A stretch of DNA of 64,000 bases, taken from positions 17,490 through 81,489 of the IMG/VR virus record IMGVR_UViG_3300034375_010007, one strand, 5' to 3'. The notes below the pieces were generated by a model, which was not told the origin of the DNA, ran no database searches, and saw only the letters and a program-made list of their open reading frames with translations. The translations under genes and the position numbers were made by a program. Shown piece after piece: positions 38,115 to 48,947 of the stretch; within the stretch, counting starts at the first letter, position 1, and each line of letters begins with the position of its first letter. The stretch comes from a virus.

Positions 38115-40933
38115 TGTTGAATGTATCACCCGCGGTCTTCAATTCTAGGTTACCGGTACCGCTTATTAAAGAAATAAGAATTATCCCTGTGGAGCAAGAG
38201 CAGATAAAGCAGTTTAACTTTATTGTTGATGTAGTTGTTAGTACAACAAACGATAGTTATGATAATGCTTTTAATTTAAATGTTAGCGCTATAACATCTA
38301 GGAGGGAGGAAGACCGCCTTAAGATACCACAGATCTTGATAGGCTATGCTAAAGCTTCCTCCCCATTAATTAAAAATGTTAAAGTTGATAACTTAGTCAA
38401 GAATATCTCGCGACAGTATTTTAATAAAGACGCAGATTCAACTTTATATTCAAAAGTTGTTAGTGTTCCCTTCAGCTTGGAAACGGTAAATGATATAAGG
38501 CATCTTTCAATTTTGTGCTTTACAAACAGCATAAGTAAAAGGCAAGATTCTAACGTCCCATACAATATGGCGGCTCAAACAGTAAGCACCAGTCGACCAA
38601 TTCTGGAAAAAGTATTTAGGCGAGGTTCAATTAGCAGACAATCAGCTGTATATAAAATGCTTAATACAGTAGCAGATTATGGGAAGGAAGGAGATGTATG
38701 GGTTGGTCCGGTTCATTTTCATCCAGGCAGTGGTTTAATGGCAGAGGCACAACATGTTGATCGTCCTCATCCTCGTCTCAGCATGATTATGCTGCCAAAC
38801 CAGAAGATAAAAGACTATAGAACTAGAGTAGTTAATGACTTTATAAATTTGCGCCGCCCCATGGAGGCATCAGGGGATTATCTTTCAAAAGTATACTACT
38901 CTAGATCCAAAGATGGTTCTGTAAAAATACACACAAATTTTAGTCTTCTTAGATATTTGAGGCACAATGCCCAACTATCTCACTTGCTAGACAATAACGA
39001 GAGTCTTTTATCTACCGCTGAATTATTAGATATTAAGGTTTACAGAACCTCTGTAGGTAAAACAAATTATGGTAATTTTTTAACACCTGACAAGATTAGC
39101 GATTCTGACTGTGTTGATGAAACCGCGTCGAAGAGGTTGATTGGTACCTTGGCAGATGGAGCAGTACAAATTATCAAACCAAATCCTACTACAACAGACA
39201 ATAATCATTTGTCTTTGCTAATAGTTGATAGTCAAATGACTAACGAGTCGGAGGGCTTATATCATTACGACATTGAAATAGAGATTAATGATAACTCCGC
39301 GAAGGTCATTTCAGAGTTAACAGAGCAACTAAGAAATGCTCTGGTCGAAGCACAATACTATGACTTGAAAGTCAACAACTATGATAAAAAAGTTAAGGAT
39401 TATGATTTTAATACGCTAGCTAGAGAGCAGCAACTTAAAACAGACAAATCTTGGAAAAAGTCTTTAGAACTATACATCTCGGCCTTACGATTTATGTTTG
39501 GTAATTCGGTAGGCAATATTCCAACTACCTTGGTAGCGAGAAACATGCTGGCGTTTGCAAATCCTTACTCGGTAACACCAGAGTCGCTGAGTGAATTTAG
39601 CAATATTTTAAATGGCTTTATAGAAATATTAGATAAAAATATTCAAAAATCTACTGGCAACATACACAAAAACCAAAACTTTAATTCTAAGATTGCTGGT
39701 TCCAATCCTTTGGTTAAGAAGCTAAAATTTGTTTCCGATATAAAAGAAACCTATCTTAATCAGTTGACAAAAAACAATGGCTTTGATTATTTTGGAGAGT
39801 TTATTGCGTCGTCTAATGCAGGATTAGGTCAAATAAGTTTCCGACAATATGAATTAAGAATTGACAAAGAAGTTCAAAAATATGACGTTTCATCTCCCAA
39901 TCAAATAGGCATTAACAAGTATGGCTTTTTATCACCTAGAATTATCTCAACAAATACAGTATCGATAGAGACTGCAAAAAACATGGATTTTAATCAGTCC
40001 TTGGACCTTTTGAGTGCAAACGAAAATAAGTCTACAATGTCTAAGAACTTTAAAGCCAATCCTACAATAGAAACGGCAAAACTTGATTCAATGAATTTTC
40101 TTCTGGGACAGTCAGGGCTTCAGTTTGAGCCCAAGTTAACAAGTCTTAAAAAGATTCGTAACAGTGTTCCTGGCAAAACAGCTGAAGTTATAGACTCCTC
40201 GGAGTATTTGTCTGATTCAAGTCCGTTTGTTAAAACGGGACGAGATGCAAGGACGGCAGTATCAGGAAGTGAGCTTATAAAGTTCAAGAATAGTATTAGA
40301 GAAAATACAAAGTTTGCGGATAATCCTTTGCTTAGGAGAATATTGGAAGCTAAAGCAACGTCGTTTAGAGCCGTCCAAGCGTCGGATATTGAATTAATAT
40401 CTGGTTCTTTAGCAGCTACTCAATTACAAAGTGTTCCTGAGAGTATACAAGAGCTTAACAGCCTGGAGCAAAACATCAATTTTAATTCAGTTGTAAGAGT
40501 GGAATATTCAACGGGCATAGGCGACCAGTGGCTTCCACTGAATAATCAGAGCTACCAAACAATTAAAAATGCAAATGGCGCCATAGTATGTCGGATATCA
40601 CAACAGAATAAAGTTCTTAATGTCGAGAACAGATTTTATTTAGAGGGTTATGATCAGCTGTTTATTCTGGGTGATACCGCTGGGCAAGCAGCAAATAGTC
40701 GTCCTACATCTGATCAGCTAATAGATTCTATCAAGAAAGATGTTAAAAAACTATTTACTGAAACTCTTAACTATAAGAGCGCTGGCGGTGGAGTAATGTC
40801 AGAATATCTTTCAAGTCCAGTAACATCCAGGGATTTAGCTGCGAGGGCACCCCGCCGCTCCAGTCGTAGACAGAGGACAACCACGACAGCACGAACTACA
40901 GGCGGAACAACTAGTGGAGGGGGCAGTTACTAA
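38114..40933 (+). CDS. putative virion structural protein
   Basis: Long ORF in the structural block; W.GPVH.H motif. Confidence 0.6.
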   Translation: MLNVSPAVFNSRLPVPLIKEIRIIPVEQEQIKQFNFIVDVVVSTTNDSYDNAFNLNVSAITSRREEDRLKIPQILIGYAKASSPLIKNVKVDNLVKNISRQYFNKDADSTLYSKVVSVPFSLETVNDIRHLSILCFTNSISKRQDSNVPYNMAAQTVSTSRPILEKVFRRGSISRQSAVYKMLNTVADYGKEGDVWVGPVHFHPGSGLMAEAQHVDRPHPRLSMIMLPNQKIKDYRTRVVNDFINLRRPMEASGDYLSKVYYSRSKDGSVKIHTNFSLLRYLRHNAQLSHLLDNNESLLSTAELLDIKVYRTSVGKTNYGNFLTPDKISDSDCVDETASKRLIGTLADGAVQIIKPNPTTTDNNHLSLLIVDSQMTNESEGLYHYDIEIEINDNSAKVISELTEQLRNALVEAQYYDLKVNNYDKKVKDYDFNTLAREQQLKTDKSWKKSLELYISALRFMFGNSVGNIPTTLVARNMLAFANPYSVTPESLSEFSNILNGFIEILDKNIQKSTGNIHKNQNFNSKIAGSNPLVKKLKFVSDIKETYLNQLTKNNGFDYFGEFIASSNAGLGQISFRQYELRIDKEVQKYDVSSPNQIGINKYGFLSPRIISTNTVSIETAKNMDFNQSLDLLSANENKSTMSKNFKANPTIETAKLDSMNFLLGQSGLQFEPKLTSLKKIRNSVPGKTAEVIDSSEYLSDSSPFVKTGRDARTAVSGSELIKFKNSIRENTKFADNPLLRRILEAKATSFRAVQASDIELISGSLAATQLQSVPESIQELNSLEQNINFNSVVRVEYSTGIGDQWLPLNNQSYQTIKNANGAIVCRISQQNKVLNVENRFYLEGYDQLFILGDTAGQAANSRPTSDQLIDSIKKDVKKLFTETLNYKSAGGGVMSEYLSSPVTSRDLAARAPRRSSRRQRTTTTARTTGGTTSGGGSY

Positions 40934-40935
40934 AA

Positions 40936-43761
40936 ATGTCAATAGGTTTTAAAGTATATGAAGCTGTAAATGCAAATTTGCTCGGTCTAAATAAAGACGA
41001 GCGAAAATCTGGAGATTATCAGTTACATCCCTTAATCAGAGATGACTGGAGGTCAGTTGATAAATATAGAGATCTGCAGGGCAACGTTCCGGCTTTTACA
41101 ACCAATCAAGATGGTGATTTAATAGTTGAAGAACGTGTGGCTGTTGTAGGATCGACGTTCTTTAGACCTTTCGGAGGCCCGAACAGTGCTTATACCCAGA
41201 TCGACGGGTCGAGCCCTAGTGAGACAATAACCATAAAACTGAGAGCAGAAAACTATTTTGCGAATACGGATTGGAATGAGGGGAACATTAATGGAATCCA
41301 AGATCTGAATGATCTTTTGGAGCAAAATAACCCCGGTGGCGACTTTGCAGGCATTCCCTATTTTGAAAAGTTCTTTCATGTTAACAACCCTAATCTCTCG
41401 GAACCTTATGGGCTGCTGACAACAGACCCGAGAATGGCTGGCGCCACCAGAAATATTAAGCCCATAATGCAGCAAGATTGGACAGCTGGCTTGAGTGCTA
41501 GTAATCCTATTTTTAATCATAAGTTTAATTATCGCTATTATGATCGAACAATGCAGGGTTCCACGTACGATATAGAAGTGGAGTCTACATATAATCTATT
41601 TTTAGATACGGATCCTGACTATGAGGCTGCTATAGCTGATGTGCCAGAAGCCACAATACCCAACTTCTACCATATTGAGATCTCTACTGGCATTGTTCAG
41701 AATAATCCAAACGGACTGGTTCCGCCGGCATACAAACTGTTTGATATTAATAATGAAGATTACAGTCAGCTATTAGCAGGAAGCTTAAGCGGGTCGGATA
41801 TAACCGAAGACCAAACCAATTCACAAGGATTTCTACAATTTTACGCAAATAACGTAAGTAACATATCTGAAGATTATAAGACTGATTTTGGAAACGTTGC
41901 AGTTTTATCACACGATGTGGCCGATGGAATTCTAAGTGCCATCAATGGCACAATAAGAGATGACAGAGGCACCACCACTGAGCAGGACGATTTCTATGCT
42001 ATTGAAACCTATCCGTTTTACAACAAGATAACAATCCCGTATGCAAATCAATGGGACACGGGCAATAATATAATAGAGACGCTAATTGGCGCCCCCGGCC
42101 TCGACCTTGAATGGACTCAGAATTTCATTACTTTATTAGAATTATTAATTATTGAGAAATACAAAGGGTCTAATACGCCCTCTACTTCTCTACCTTTTGT
42201 GATATACGATACCGATGATGGAAATAAAGTTGTTTCTCAAAGTCAAAATGTTGACTTGGCGATAAGAGTGGAAGATGTGTTAAATGCTTTGATTGCTTTG
42301 ATAAATCAAGATACAAGCAACAGCCTTTACCAAGATATAGACGATATTTTTTCAACTGAAAACGGAATCGGAATCGAGAATTATCTTACTGGCGAAGTTC
42401 CTCCTCGTGGCGCTCGTAGCGGCGCCTCGTTTATACAGAATTACGGCGATCCAAGTGCAGCTGATAGCTTTTTTAATAGCTTTTCTAACTGGTATACTAA
42501 TCTCGATCTTGATCAATTGAATGCCGCTAAAAACATCTTTGGCTCATTTAGACTCGGCGGAAACGGAACAACAGGAGAATTCCGAAGAATTTATCAATCC
42601 AGACCGGCGACATCAAACCACTCAGATACACCCATTATGTATATGGTTGAGAAAAGGGTGATACCAGTGGGACAGTTATCAGTTGATGCAAATGATTCTA
42701 GCACAGTGGTGCAACGGTTCTTCTTTGGTAGAGACATAGCATCTGCCCCGGGTCAAGAAAAAGGAATTACTTACTACGACACTCAGATCAAGTATGGTGT
42801 TCGGTACCAATACGATATCAAGCAAATTAGATTGGTTGTTGGAGAGCGATACTACTATCATGACTATGCATCGATCACCAACTCTGGCTCTGTCCATCAG
42901 GGTCGTGCCATAGGCAATGCTCTAGGGTTCTATGCGGAAGAGAGCATTGGTATTACTTCAACCCAAACATTCCAAATTGCTAACAATTTGGAAGGATTTA
43001 GTTACTTACCTGAGAATGAGGAGACTCCGTTCATTCCAGTGACCGGTGCCCATCAAGGATATTACGTCTATAAAATCCCAGTACTTGCCGAGATTGGTAG
43101 CACCGTTGCCGACATAAATGATATCTTTTTTGATGGATTAAGCCCGAATTTGTTTAACGAGACCGTCAGCCCAACTTGGGGTATATCCCCAGACGCATTT
43201 GACTTGAACTTGCTTTTAATACAGATCAGAGGTGGCGACGGTTTTGATGGAAACTTTTCCGGCGGCGCGATTGGTGTGGCAGATGTTGGGGAGCTTCCTC
43301 AGTCCACCACGGACCAGCTATCGGGAGAAAACCCCGTTGCCCTCACCCTGCCTGATGGCGACGACATTCCAGTTCAACAAATGACCGGACAAGCAGCCCA
43401 AACAGTACAACAACAGGCGACATCCGCAATGGAAGCTGTGATAGCATCACAAATATCATCCGGTCAGATACAGACAGGTCAGGTGAGTATCCCTGGACTC
43501 ACCAACCTCCCGGGGAATCCTGGCGGCCCATCTGCTTCTGGTGGATTTGGGGGCAATATACCGAATATCAGCAACTTATCACTTAATCCATCAGATCCGT
43601 TGAGTAGTAATGTCACTAGCTTGCCTCCGGGAGCAGGGCTACAACAGGATGTTCTTCAAAATGCTGGTATTAATACGGAGCAGAGTGTTGATCAGGGTGT
43701 TGCTAGTAATATTCAAGACCGGATAATCAATTTCAGAAATAATGGTTATTTAGGTCGATAG
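40936..43761 (+). CDS. putative virion structural protein
   Basis: FN3-like YYDTQIKYGVRYQY motif; low-complexity Q/G/S C-terminus. Confidence 0.6.
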   Translation: MSIGFKVYEAVNANLLGLNKDERKSGDYQLHPLIRDDWRSVDKYRDLQGNVPAFTTNQDGDLIVEERVAVVGSTFFRPFGGPNSAYTQIDGSSPSETITIKLRAENYFANTDWNEGNINGIQDLNDLLEQNNPGGDFAGIPYFEKFFHVNNPNLSEPYGLLTTDPRMAGATRNIKPIMQQDWTAGLSASNPIFNHKFNYRYYDRTMQGSTYDIEVESTYNLFLDTDPDYEAAIADVPEATIPNFYHIEISTGIVQNNPNGLVPPAYKLFDINNEDYSQLLAGSLSGSDITEDQTNSQGFLQFYANNVSNISEDYKTDFGNVAVLSHDVADGILSAINGTIRDDRGTTTEQDDFYAIETYPFYNKITIPYANQWDTGNNIIETLIGAPGLDLEWTQNFITLLELLIIEKYKGSNTPSTSLPFVIYDTDDGNKVVSQSQNVDLAIRVEDVLNALIALINQDTSNSLYQDIDDIFSTENGIGIENYLTGEVPPRGARSGASFIQNYGDPSAADSFFNSFSNWYTNLDLDQLNAAKNIFGSFRLGGNGTTGEFRRIYQSRPATSNHSDTPIMYMVEKRVIPVGQLSVDANDSSTVVQRFFFGRDIASAPGQEKGITYYDTQIKYGVRYQYDIKQIRLVVGERYYYHDYASITNSGSVHQGRAIGNALGFYAEESIGITSTQTFQIANNLEGFSYLPENEETPFIPVTGAHQGYYVYKIPVLAEIGSTVADINDIFFDGLSPNLFNETVSPTWGISPDAFDLNLLLIQIRGGDGFDGNFSGGAIGVADVGELPQSTTDQLSGENPVALTLPDGDDIPVQQMTGQAAQTVQQQATSAMEAVIASQISSGQIQTGQVSIPGLTNLPGNPGGPSASGGFGGNIPNISNLSLNPSDPLSSNVTSLPPGAGLQQDVLQNAGINTEQSVDQGVASNIQDRIINFRNNGYLGR

Positions 43762-43774
43762 AGAGTAATAAATT

Positions 43775-45025
43775 ATGACTACGTTAACAAACTGGTGGCT
43801 TGACTTTGATGAGGTGTACAATAATGGAAGTACGGTCCAATATTCTTATGGTCCATTTGAATATGACTTAAATGGAGATATCAGCGTTCAGCAGTTTTTG
43901 GACGACATTAATAATAGATTTGTAGGCCGCGCGCTTACTGGGTTCCTCGACTGGCCAACATATGAAATAAGTGCTCAAATTTTAGGAGGGTATTACAACA
44001 ATGACGCTCCAAAAAACAACTTCGCGGTAAAATACACGATCACTGCTGCTGACCCTGGAAATCAGTTTGGTGGACTAAGTGAATATAAGATAGCGTTCAG
44101 AAGTGGACCACACGGTTCGAACGTTCCTGTTTATATAAATGATGCCCCTGTTCCTCGCGGCGAGATTACCATCAAGTCAGACATGGATACAAGAGCGGCA
44201 GTTATCCCATATTCAACACATATTAATACTATTTTAGATAACCCGCCTGTTCCGCCAGACTTCAGAATTGTTCCGTTCAGTGGCGTAAGTAATCGTTTGC
44301 TATTGTTGCTCAATTCTAGCACTGGTGAATTTGATGCAACTCCGGTTTTGATTAAAGAAAACGATCTAGAGGCGGTTGTAAATCAGTATGTTGCACAGAC
44401 AAACAACCCCATTACTCTTGAGGATGCTCGGGAACAGATTAACAATAGAACTTTAAAAATAACCTACAAGAACGATGACCCGATCGACAGATACGAAATT
44501 TTTAGAACAACGACAAAACCAGAGTCATATGCAGACTTTGCGTTATCGGCTGCACCATACAAAACAATTAGCGGCAGAATAACAATGGATAAAAGAGCAT
44601 CCGGTGCTCACTTGATTGATGATATTCAACCTAATACAAAATATTATTATTGTGTTCGAGCAATAGACGTTCATAATAATTTCTCAAACCCAACGCACGT
44701 TTTTGAGGCTGAGTTGGTTGACAACGAAGGACAAGTCTATTTGATTCTAAAGACTATTTATTTTGAAGAAAAAATAGAAAGAACTGAAACAAAGCCCGGA
44801 AGAAGGTATATTTATATTGAGCCTTCGTTACGTAACTTGGTCTACGATGATTCGATTAGTTCGGATCAAGCATCCAACCAAGCGCCCTCTAGTAACATTC
44901 TTGGACCCGCTGGGGACGCCGATTGTTGGGATAAAACATTGAAAATTAGAGTAACAAGTAAAAAGACAGGCAAGAAAGTAGACTTAAACGTTACATTCAA
45001 AAATACTGGAGTTGTAACTCCATAG
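43775..45025 (+). CDS. putative virion protein with FN3-like domain
   Basis: YEIFR and DDIQPNTKYYYCVRAIDVHNNFSNP. Confidence 0.65.
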   Translation: MTTLTNWWLDFDEVYNNGSTVQYSYGPFEYDLNGDISVQQFLDDINNRFVGRALTGFLDWPTYEISAQILGGYYNNDAPKNNFAVKYTITAADPGNQFGGLSEYKIAFRSGPHGSNVPVYINDAPVPRGEITIKSDMDTRAAVIPYSTHINTILDNPPVPPDFRIVPFSGVSNRLLLLLNSSTGEFDATPVLIKENDLEAVVNQYVAQTNNPITLEDAREQINNRTLKITYKNDDPIDRYEIFRTTTKPESYADFALSAAPYKTISGRITMDKRASGAHLIDDIQPNTKYYYCVRAIDVHNNFSNPTHVFEAELVDNEGQVYLILKTIYFEEKIERTETKPGRRYIYIEPSLRNLVYDDSISSDQASNQAPSSNILGPAGDADCWDKTLKIRVTSKKTGKKVDLNVTFKNTGVVTP

Positions 45026-45044
45026 GATTTATTTAAAACAAACA

Positions 45045-45052
45045 ACTATTTA
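45045..45052 (+). promoter_or_regulatory. putative late-promoter motif ACTATTTA
   Basis: Intergenic, 19 nt before ATG 45072, SD GAGGT between them. Confidence 0.6.
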
Positions 45053-45071
45053 AATAACGAGAGGTAAACAC

Positions 45072-46031
45072 ATGGGATTTCTAGACAATTCAGGCGACAT
45101 TATATTGGACGCCGTACTAACAGACACAGGCAGGATGCGCTTGGCAAAGGGCGATGGCACCTTTAGGATTTCGAAATTTGCTTTAGGCGATGACGAAATC
45201 GATTACGGACTATACGATAAGAACAACGCTAGCGGATCTGCATATTATGACATCACAATTCTTCAGTCTCCGGTTTTAGAAGCTTTTACCAACAACACCT
45301 CTCTGATGAAGTCAAAGCTTTTAACTGTTAACAGAAACGATTTACTTTACCTACCGGTAGTTAAGTTATTCACAACAGCAGGACAGGGCTCAGCGAAGCA
45401 CTCTTCTGGAACGTTCGTCATCCCGGTAGATAAAACTACAATTGACAACCTAGGGACTCTGTCAGAGGGTATTCTAAATGGCTATAAGCCAAACGACGAC
45501 GTTTCGCACATCGCCACCGATCAGGGACTAGACACCACGGAGGTTTCTAACGAAGAGACACTAGCGAGAGATTTGATTGAAACACAGTACATTGTAGAGT
45601 TGGACAATCGATTGGGACAAATTTTCCCACCTCCATCAGCGCCGGGTTCTACCAACACAAGACTAACTACTGATACAGCGATTCCGGGAGCTACACCATC
45701 CTTTATCGATGATGACAATATTGCTTCATACTTCTTTAATCTGACTGCTGGAACAGGCTATGTAACAAACTTAGGTGGAACAACCGAATCTTCTGTCGCC
45801 GGTCCAAGAGGAACCAGATTCCAGTTTAGAATTGGCTCGTCTTTGGATTTGAGAACCAGTGATTTTCTTTTCACCCAGATTGGAACATTGGCTACCACAA
45901 ATCTCTCCAACCCATCAGGGAACGACTTGTCGGCAAATCAGTGGAGATTTATTGACTCAACTGTTCGCGTAACAGGTGTTAACACAGGGTATCGTGTAGA
46001 TGTCCCAATTAGATTTGTTAAATCGGTATAG
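45072..46031 (+). CDS. putative tail/baseplate protein
   Basis: MGFLDNSGDIILDAVLTDTGR..LAKG...ISKFALGDDEIDY resembles a tail-collar N-terminal motif. Confidence 0.7.
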   Translation: MGFLDNSGDIILDAVLTDTGRMRLAKGDGTFRISKFALGDDEIDYGLYDKNNASGSAYYDITILQSPVLEAFTNNTSLMKSKLLTVNRNDLLYLPVVKLFTTAGQGSAKHSSGTFVIPVDKTTIDNLGTLSEGILNGYKPNDDVSHIATDQGLDTTEVSNEETLARDLIETQYIVELDNRLGQIFPPPSAPGSTNTRLTTDTAIPGATPSFIDDDNIASYFFNLTAGTGYVTNLGGTTESSVAGPRGTRFQFRIGSSLDLRTSDFLFTQIGTLATTNLSNPSGNDLSANQWRFIDSTVRVTGVNTGYRVDVPIRFVKSV

Positions 46032-46040
46032 GAATAAAAA

Positions 46041-47102
46041 ATGGCTACTACTTTCAAAACTTTAAATGCAAAAGACGTAATTTCTACGAGGAATCTTCTT
46101 CATGAGGCCATTCCTATTACCGGACAGATTGTGTCTGGAACTTACAGTGATCTAAATATTAAAAACTTTTCTCACGGGATCTTCCAGTCAGTTTACGATT
46201 ATCCTTACCTTAGCTCCTCAGCGAACCATATTTTTGATCTAACGGCTGGCTATGCAGCCACTTCTTCTTTGGCCGGCGCCGGCAATGTGCAGAATGCCAA
46301 AAAGATTAACATTTATAATCAGATGGCTCAAGTATTGGTCGGGTTTGATGAGAACAATGATATTAGACGATTCGATGAAGATGGAAACCTAACAGATGGC
46401 GGTACAAAAATTGATGAAGCTTACTTCTTTAACTTTACTCGACTTCTCACAAAGGATGAGGTAAAGAAAGGATCGTTCACACTTGAGCTTGGAGTTAATG
46501 CGACATACGGCAGCCCCTTCTCATCCCGAGTTACTCTTAAGGATAGCGATGGAACGACATCATACAAGGTAAACTCTCCTGCGGGCGAGTACGGAATCTT
46601 GTATGTTTCTAACAGTGCCGGCACCCCATTGAATGGAATCACTGGCTCCACGCAGCAACCCGCAGGTTTGATTTATTATCAGGCTGGTGTTGCAGTTATT
46701 ACCGGTTCTGTTTTTGGTTCCTTGCTTAGCTCATCTGTACAAATGAATTCTGCAGGTGATGATGTTAACGACATCTTGACTGGCTCGGCAATCTCAGGAA
46801 ACTGTGATGATATAAGACATAGAGTTTACGATCTTTCGTTTAACAACTCTGTCGAACTAAATTCAACAGTATATTTCTGTAGAGCAAACCACAATGAGTT
46901 TAACTATTCTGCGAACCCAACGTACTTAAGTGCTAGTAAGCTAGTTGTTAAGAATGATTCTGCGGACGTTCCAGTATCTTATGCTACCACCGTTGGTTTA
47001 TACTCGCCAGATAACGAATTGTTGGCCGTTGCTAAGTTGTCAGAGCCTCTTAAGAAAGATCCGACGACAGAGTTTACAGTTCGCGTAAGACTAGATTACT
47101 AA
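46041..47102 (+). CDS. putative tail/baseplate protein
   Basis: C-terminal TTVGLY..DNELLAVAKLSEPLKK...VRLDY. Confidence 0.7.
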   Translation: MATTFKTLNAKDVISTRNLLHEAIPITGQIVSGTYSDLNIKNFSHGIFQSVYDYPYLSSSANHIFDLTAGYAATSSLAGAGNVQNAKKINIYNQMAQVLVGFDENNDIRRFDEDGNLTDGGTKIDEAYFFNFTRLLTKDEVKKGSFTLELGVNATYGSPFSSRVTLKDSDGTTSYKVNSPAGEYGILYVSNSAGTPLNGITGSTQQPAGLIYYQAGVAVITGSVFGSLLSSSVQMNSAGDDVNDILTGSAISGNCDDIRHRVYDLSFNNSVELNSTVYFCRANHNEFNYSANPTYLSASKLVVKNDSADVPVSYATTVGLYSPDNELLAVAKLSEPLKKDPTTEFTVRVRLDY

Positions 47103-47120
47103 TAATGTTATGGGCGTTAA

Positions 47121-48398
47121 ATGTCTTTTTACAAGTTTAACAGGAATGATGTATTCACCAATACACTAAAATTATATCCAGAAGTTAAATTTGTAATTTA
47201 TAGTGGCTCGGCTTACTACAACAATACGCCTAATATCTCTGGAGCGTTTGCGAATCCAATTAGGCTTACAGACGCCGGTAACGTTTCCTTATATGAGTTA
47301 AATGTCGACCGTGCTGAGTCTTCTACCGGAAGGACAATTGGCCCAGATGGTATTGAAGATCGCGGAATTATATATCCTTGGATTGTTAAAGACGGTTCCC
47401 GACTAAACTTTAGAACAAGTACATCTGAAGCTTTTAATTTAAAAAATCCTGGCGACATCATTACTGGCAGTCTGTATCCTTACACAGCCTCGATATCTAA
47501 AGAGTATTATTCCGCGACGGACGCTAGGTTTGTTGCAGCCGTCATAAGCCAGTCAGTAACAGGACCTACAATCACAAGCAACGGATCTGTCTCAAATCTC
47601 CGCGCTCTTAAGAATACCATCAATTATTACAGAAACATATCTCCTCATTTTGAGTATTCTTCTTCTGCTGATTCGGTAACTGCCGGAATACACAATAGAG
47701 ATTTTGATAGCTCTTCATTGGGTTTGGTTTCTATGCCAAGCATATTCTATGGTAGCCAAATAAAGAAGGGCTCTGTAAATCTAGAGTTTTACTACACCGG
47801 GTCTCTTATCGCCCGCGCGCAGGATATCAGAAGAAACGGAGAATTAGTACAGACCTACGGAACCTCCTCTTTGTCAGGTTCGGTAATTGGCTTGGTTTTG
47901 TACAATGAAGGGTTCGTAATTCTAACAAGTTCAGTAGATCTCTCGGTAAATCAGGATTATTATACTAGCTCAGTTGGTTTAAGCACTACAAACTGGACTT
48001 ACTTTGGGCAATCCATTTCTGGTTCCATAATAGCGCCTAACTCTTCATTTAACATGATAATGAGTGGCACAACCAATACGCAAGTAATTACAATGTTTGC
48101 AAACGCCCCTAAAGGCGAACTAAACCACTCCAATAATCCATCGTTCTTAACTAACGGCGCCGAGACTCTAATTTCAACTGGCTCATTTGGATATATTGAA
48201 AGTGATACTATTGAAGTCAAAAACATCGTTAGCTCTTCGTATCCCGACCCGACCGGATCGTTCGAGAAAACAACATACATCTCAAAGGTCGGTATCTATG
48301 ACGACGAGAAGAACTTGATTGGTATAGCTAAGGTTGCAACTCCTGTAAAGAAAACCGCTGAACGCGACTTCACATTTAAGATCAAGCTTGACATCTGA
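47121..48398 (+). CDS. putative tail/baseplate protein (paralog of 46041..47102)
   Basis: C-terminal ISKVGIYDDEKNLIGIAKVATPVKK...IKLDI; shared KKGS and N.S.NP motifs. Confidence 0.7.
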   Translation: MSFYKFNRNDVFTNTLKLYPEVKFVIYSGSAYYNNTPNISGAFANPIRLTDAGNVSLYELNVDRAESSTGRTIGPDGIEDRGIIYPWIVKDGSRLNFRTSTSEAFNLKNPGDIITGSLYPYTASISKEYYSATDARFVAAVISQSVTGPTITSNGSVSNLRALKNTINYYRNISPHFEYSSSADSVTAGIHNRDFDSSSLGLVSMPSIFYGSQIKKGSVNLEFYYTGSLIARAQDIRRNGELVQTYGTSSLSGSVIGLVLYNEGFVILTSSVDLSVNQDYYTSSVGLSTTNWTYFGQSISGSIIAPNSSFNMIMSGTTNTQVITMFANAPKGELNHSNNPSFLTNGAETLISTGSFGYIESDTIEVKNIVSSSYPDPTGSFEKTTYISKVGIYDDEKNLIGIAKVATPVKKTAERDFTFKIKLDI

Positions 48399-48410
48399 TA
48401 TCATTCGGAT

Positions 48411-48947
48411 ATGATCTGCGGACTTGACATCTCAACCAGTATTACTGGCTTAACAATATTAGACCCCGAAACTGGCGACATTCTTTACTGCGACCATGTT
48501 GATATGCGCAAAGAAAAGAACTTCTTTAAGAAAGCTGAAATGATTGAGAAGAAGCTTGATTATATCTCATATCGTTTTCACGTAAGCAAAGTTTACATAG
48601 AGCAATCGCTTCAATCATTCCGTTCAGGGTTCTCATCAGCACAAACGCTTTCGCTTTTATCAAAGATCAATGGTATAGTTTCTTGGCAATGTTATAAGAT
48701 CTTTGGCTTACAACCTCAATATCTCGCAGCCATATCTGCTAGAAAGTTGGTCGGCATCAAAGTTCCGAAGGGTCAAAAAGCAAAAGAAGTCGTTATGAAG
48801 TTTGTTATTGACAACGTGGAAGACTTTACTGTAGAGTATACCCGTCACGGCAATCCAAAGCCCGGTTATGCTGACCGCGCCGACAGTTACGTGATAGCAA
48901 AAGCGGGGTATATAAATGAAAGACAAGAAGCTCAAAATCCTAACTAA
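48411..48947 (+). CDS. RuvC-like Holliday junction resolvase
   Basis: GLDISTSITG, YIEQ and DRADSYVIA (RNase H fold acidic residues). Confidence 0.8.
   Translation: MICGLDISTSITGLTILDPETGDILYCDHVDMRKEKNFFKKAEMIEKKLDYISYRFHVSKVYIEQSLQSFRSGFSSAQTLSLLSKINGIVSWQCYKIFGLQPQYLAAISARKLVGIKVPKGQKAKEVVMKFVIDNVEDFTVEYTRHGNPKPGYADRADSYVIAKAGYINERQEAQNPN

Noticed and set aside
40936-45025. Possibility that the 941-aa and 416-aa FN3-like genes are one split gene
   Set aside because: Cannot be supported without homolog alignment; both look like intact ORFs with a normal junction
48388-48415. TTGACA-16-TATGAT promoter-like match
   Set aside because: The -10 overlaps the resolvase start codon, so it could not serve that gene; TTGACA is explained by the coding sequence LDI
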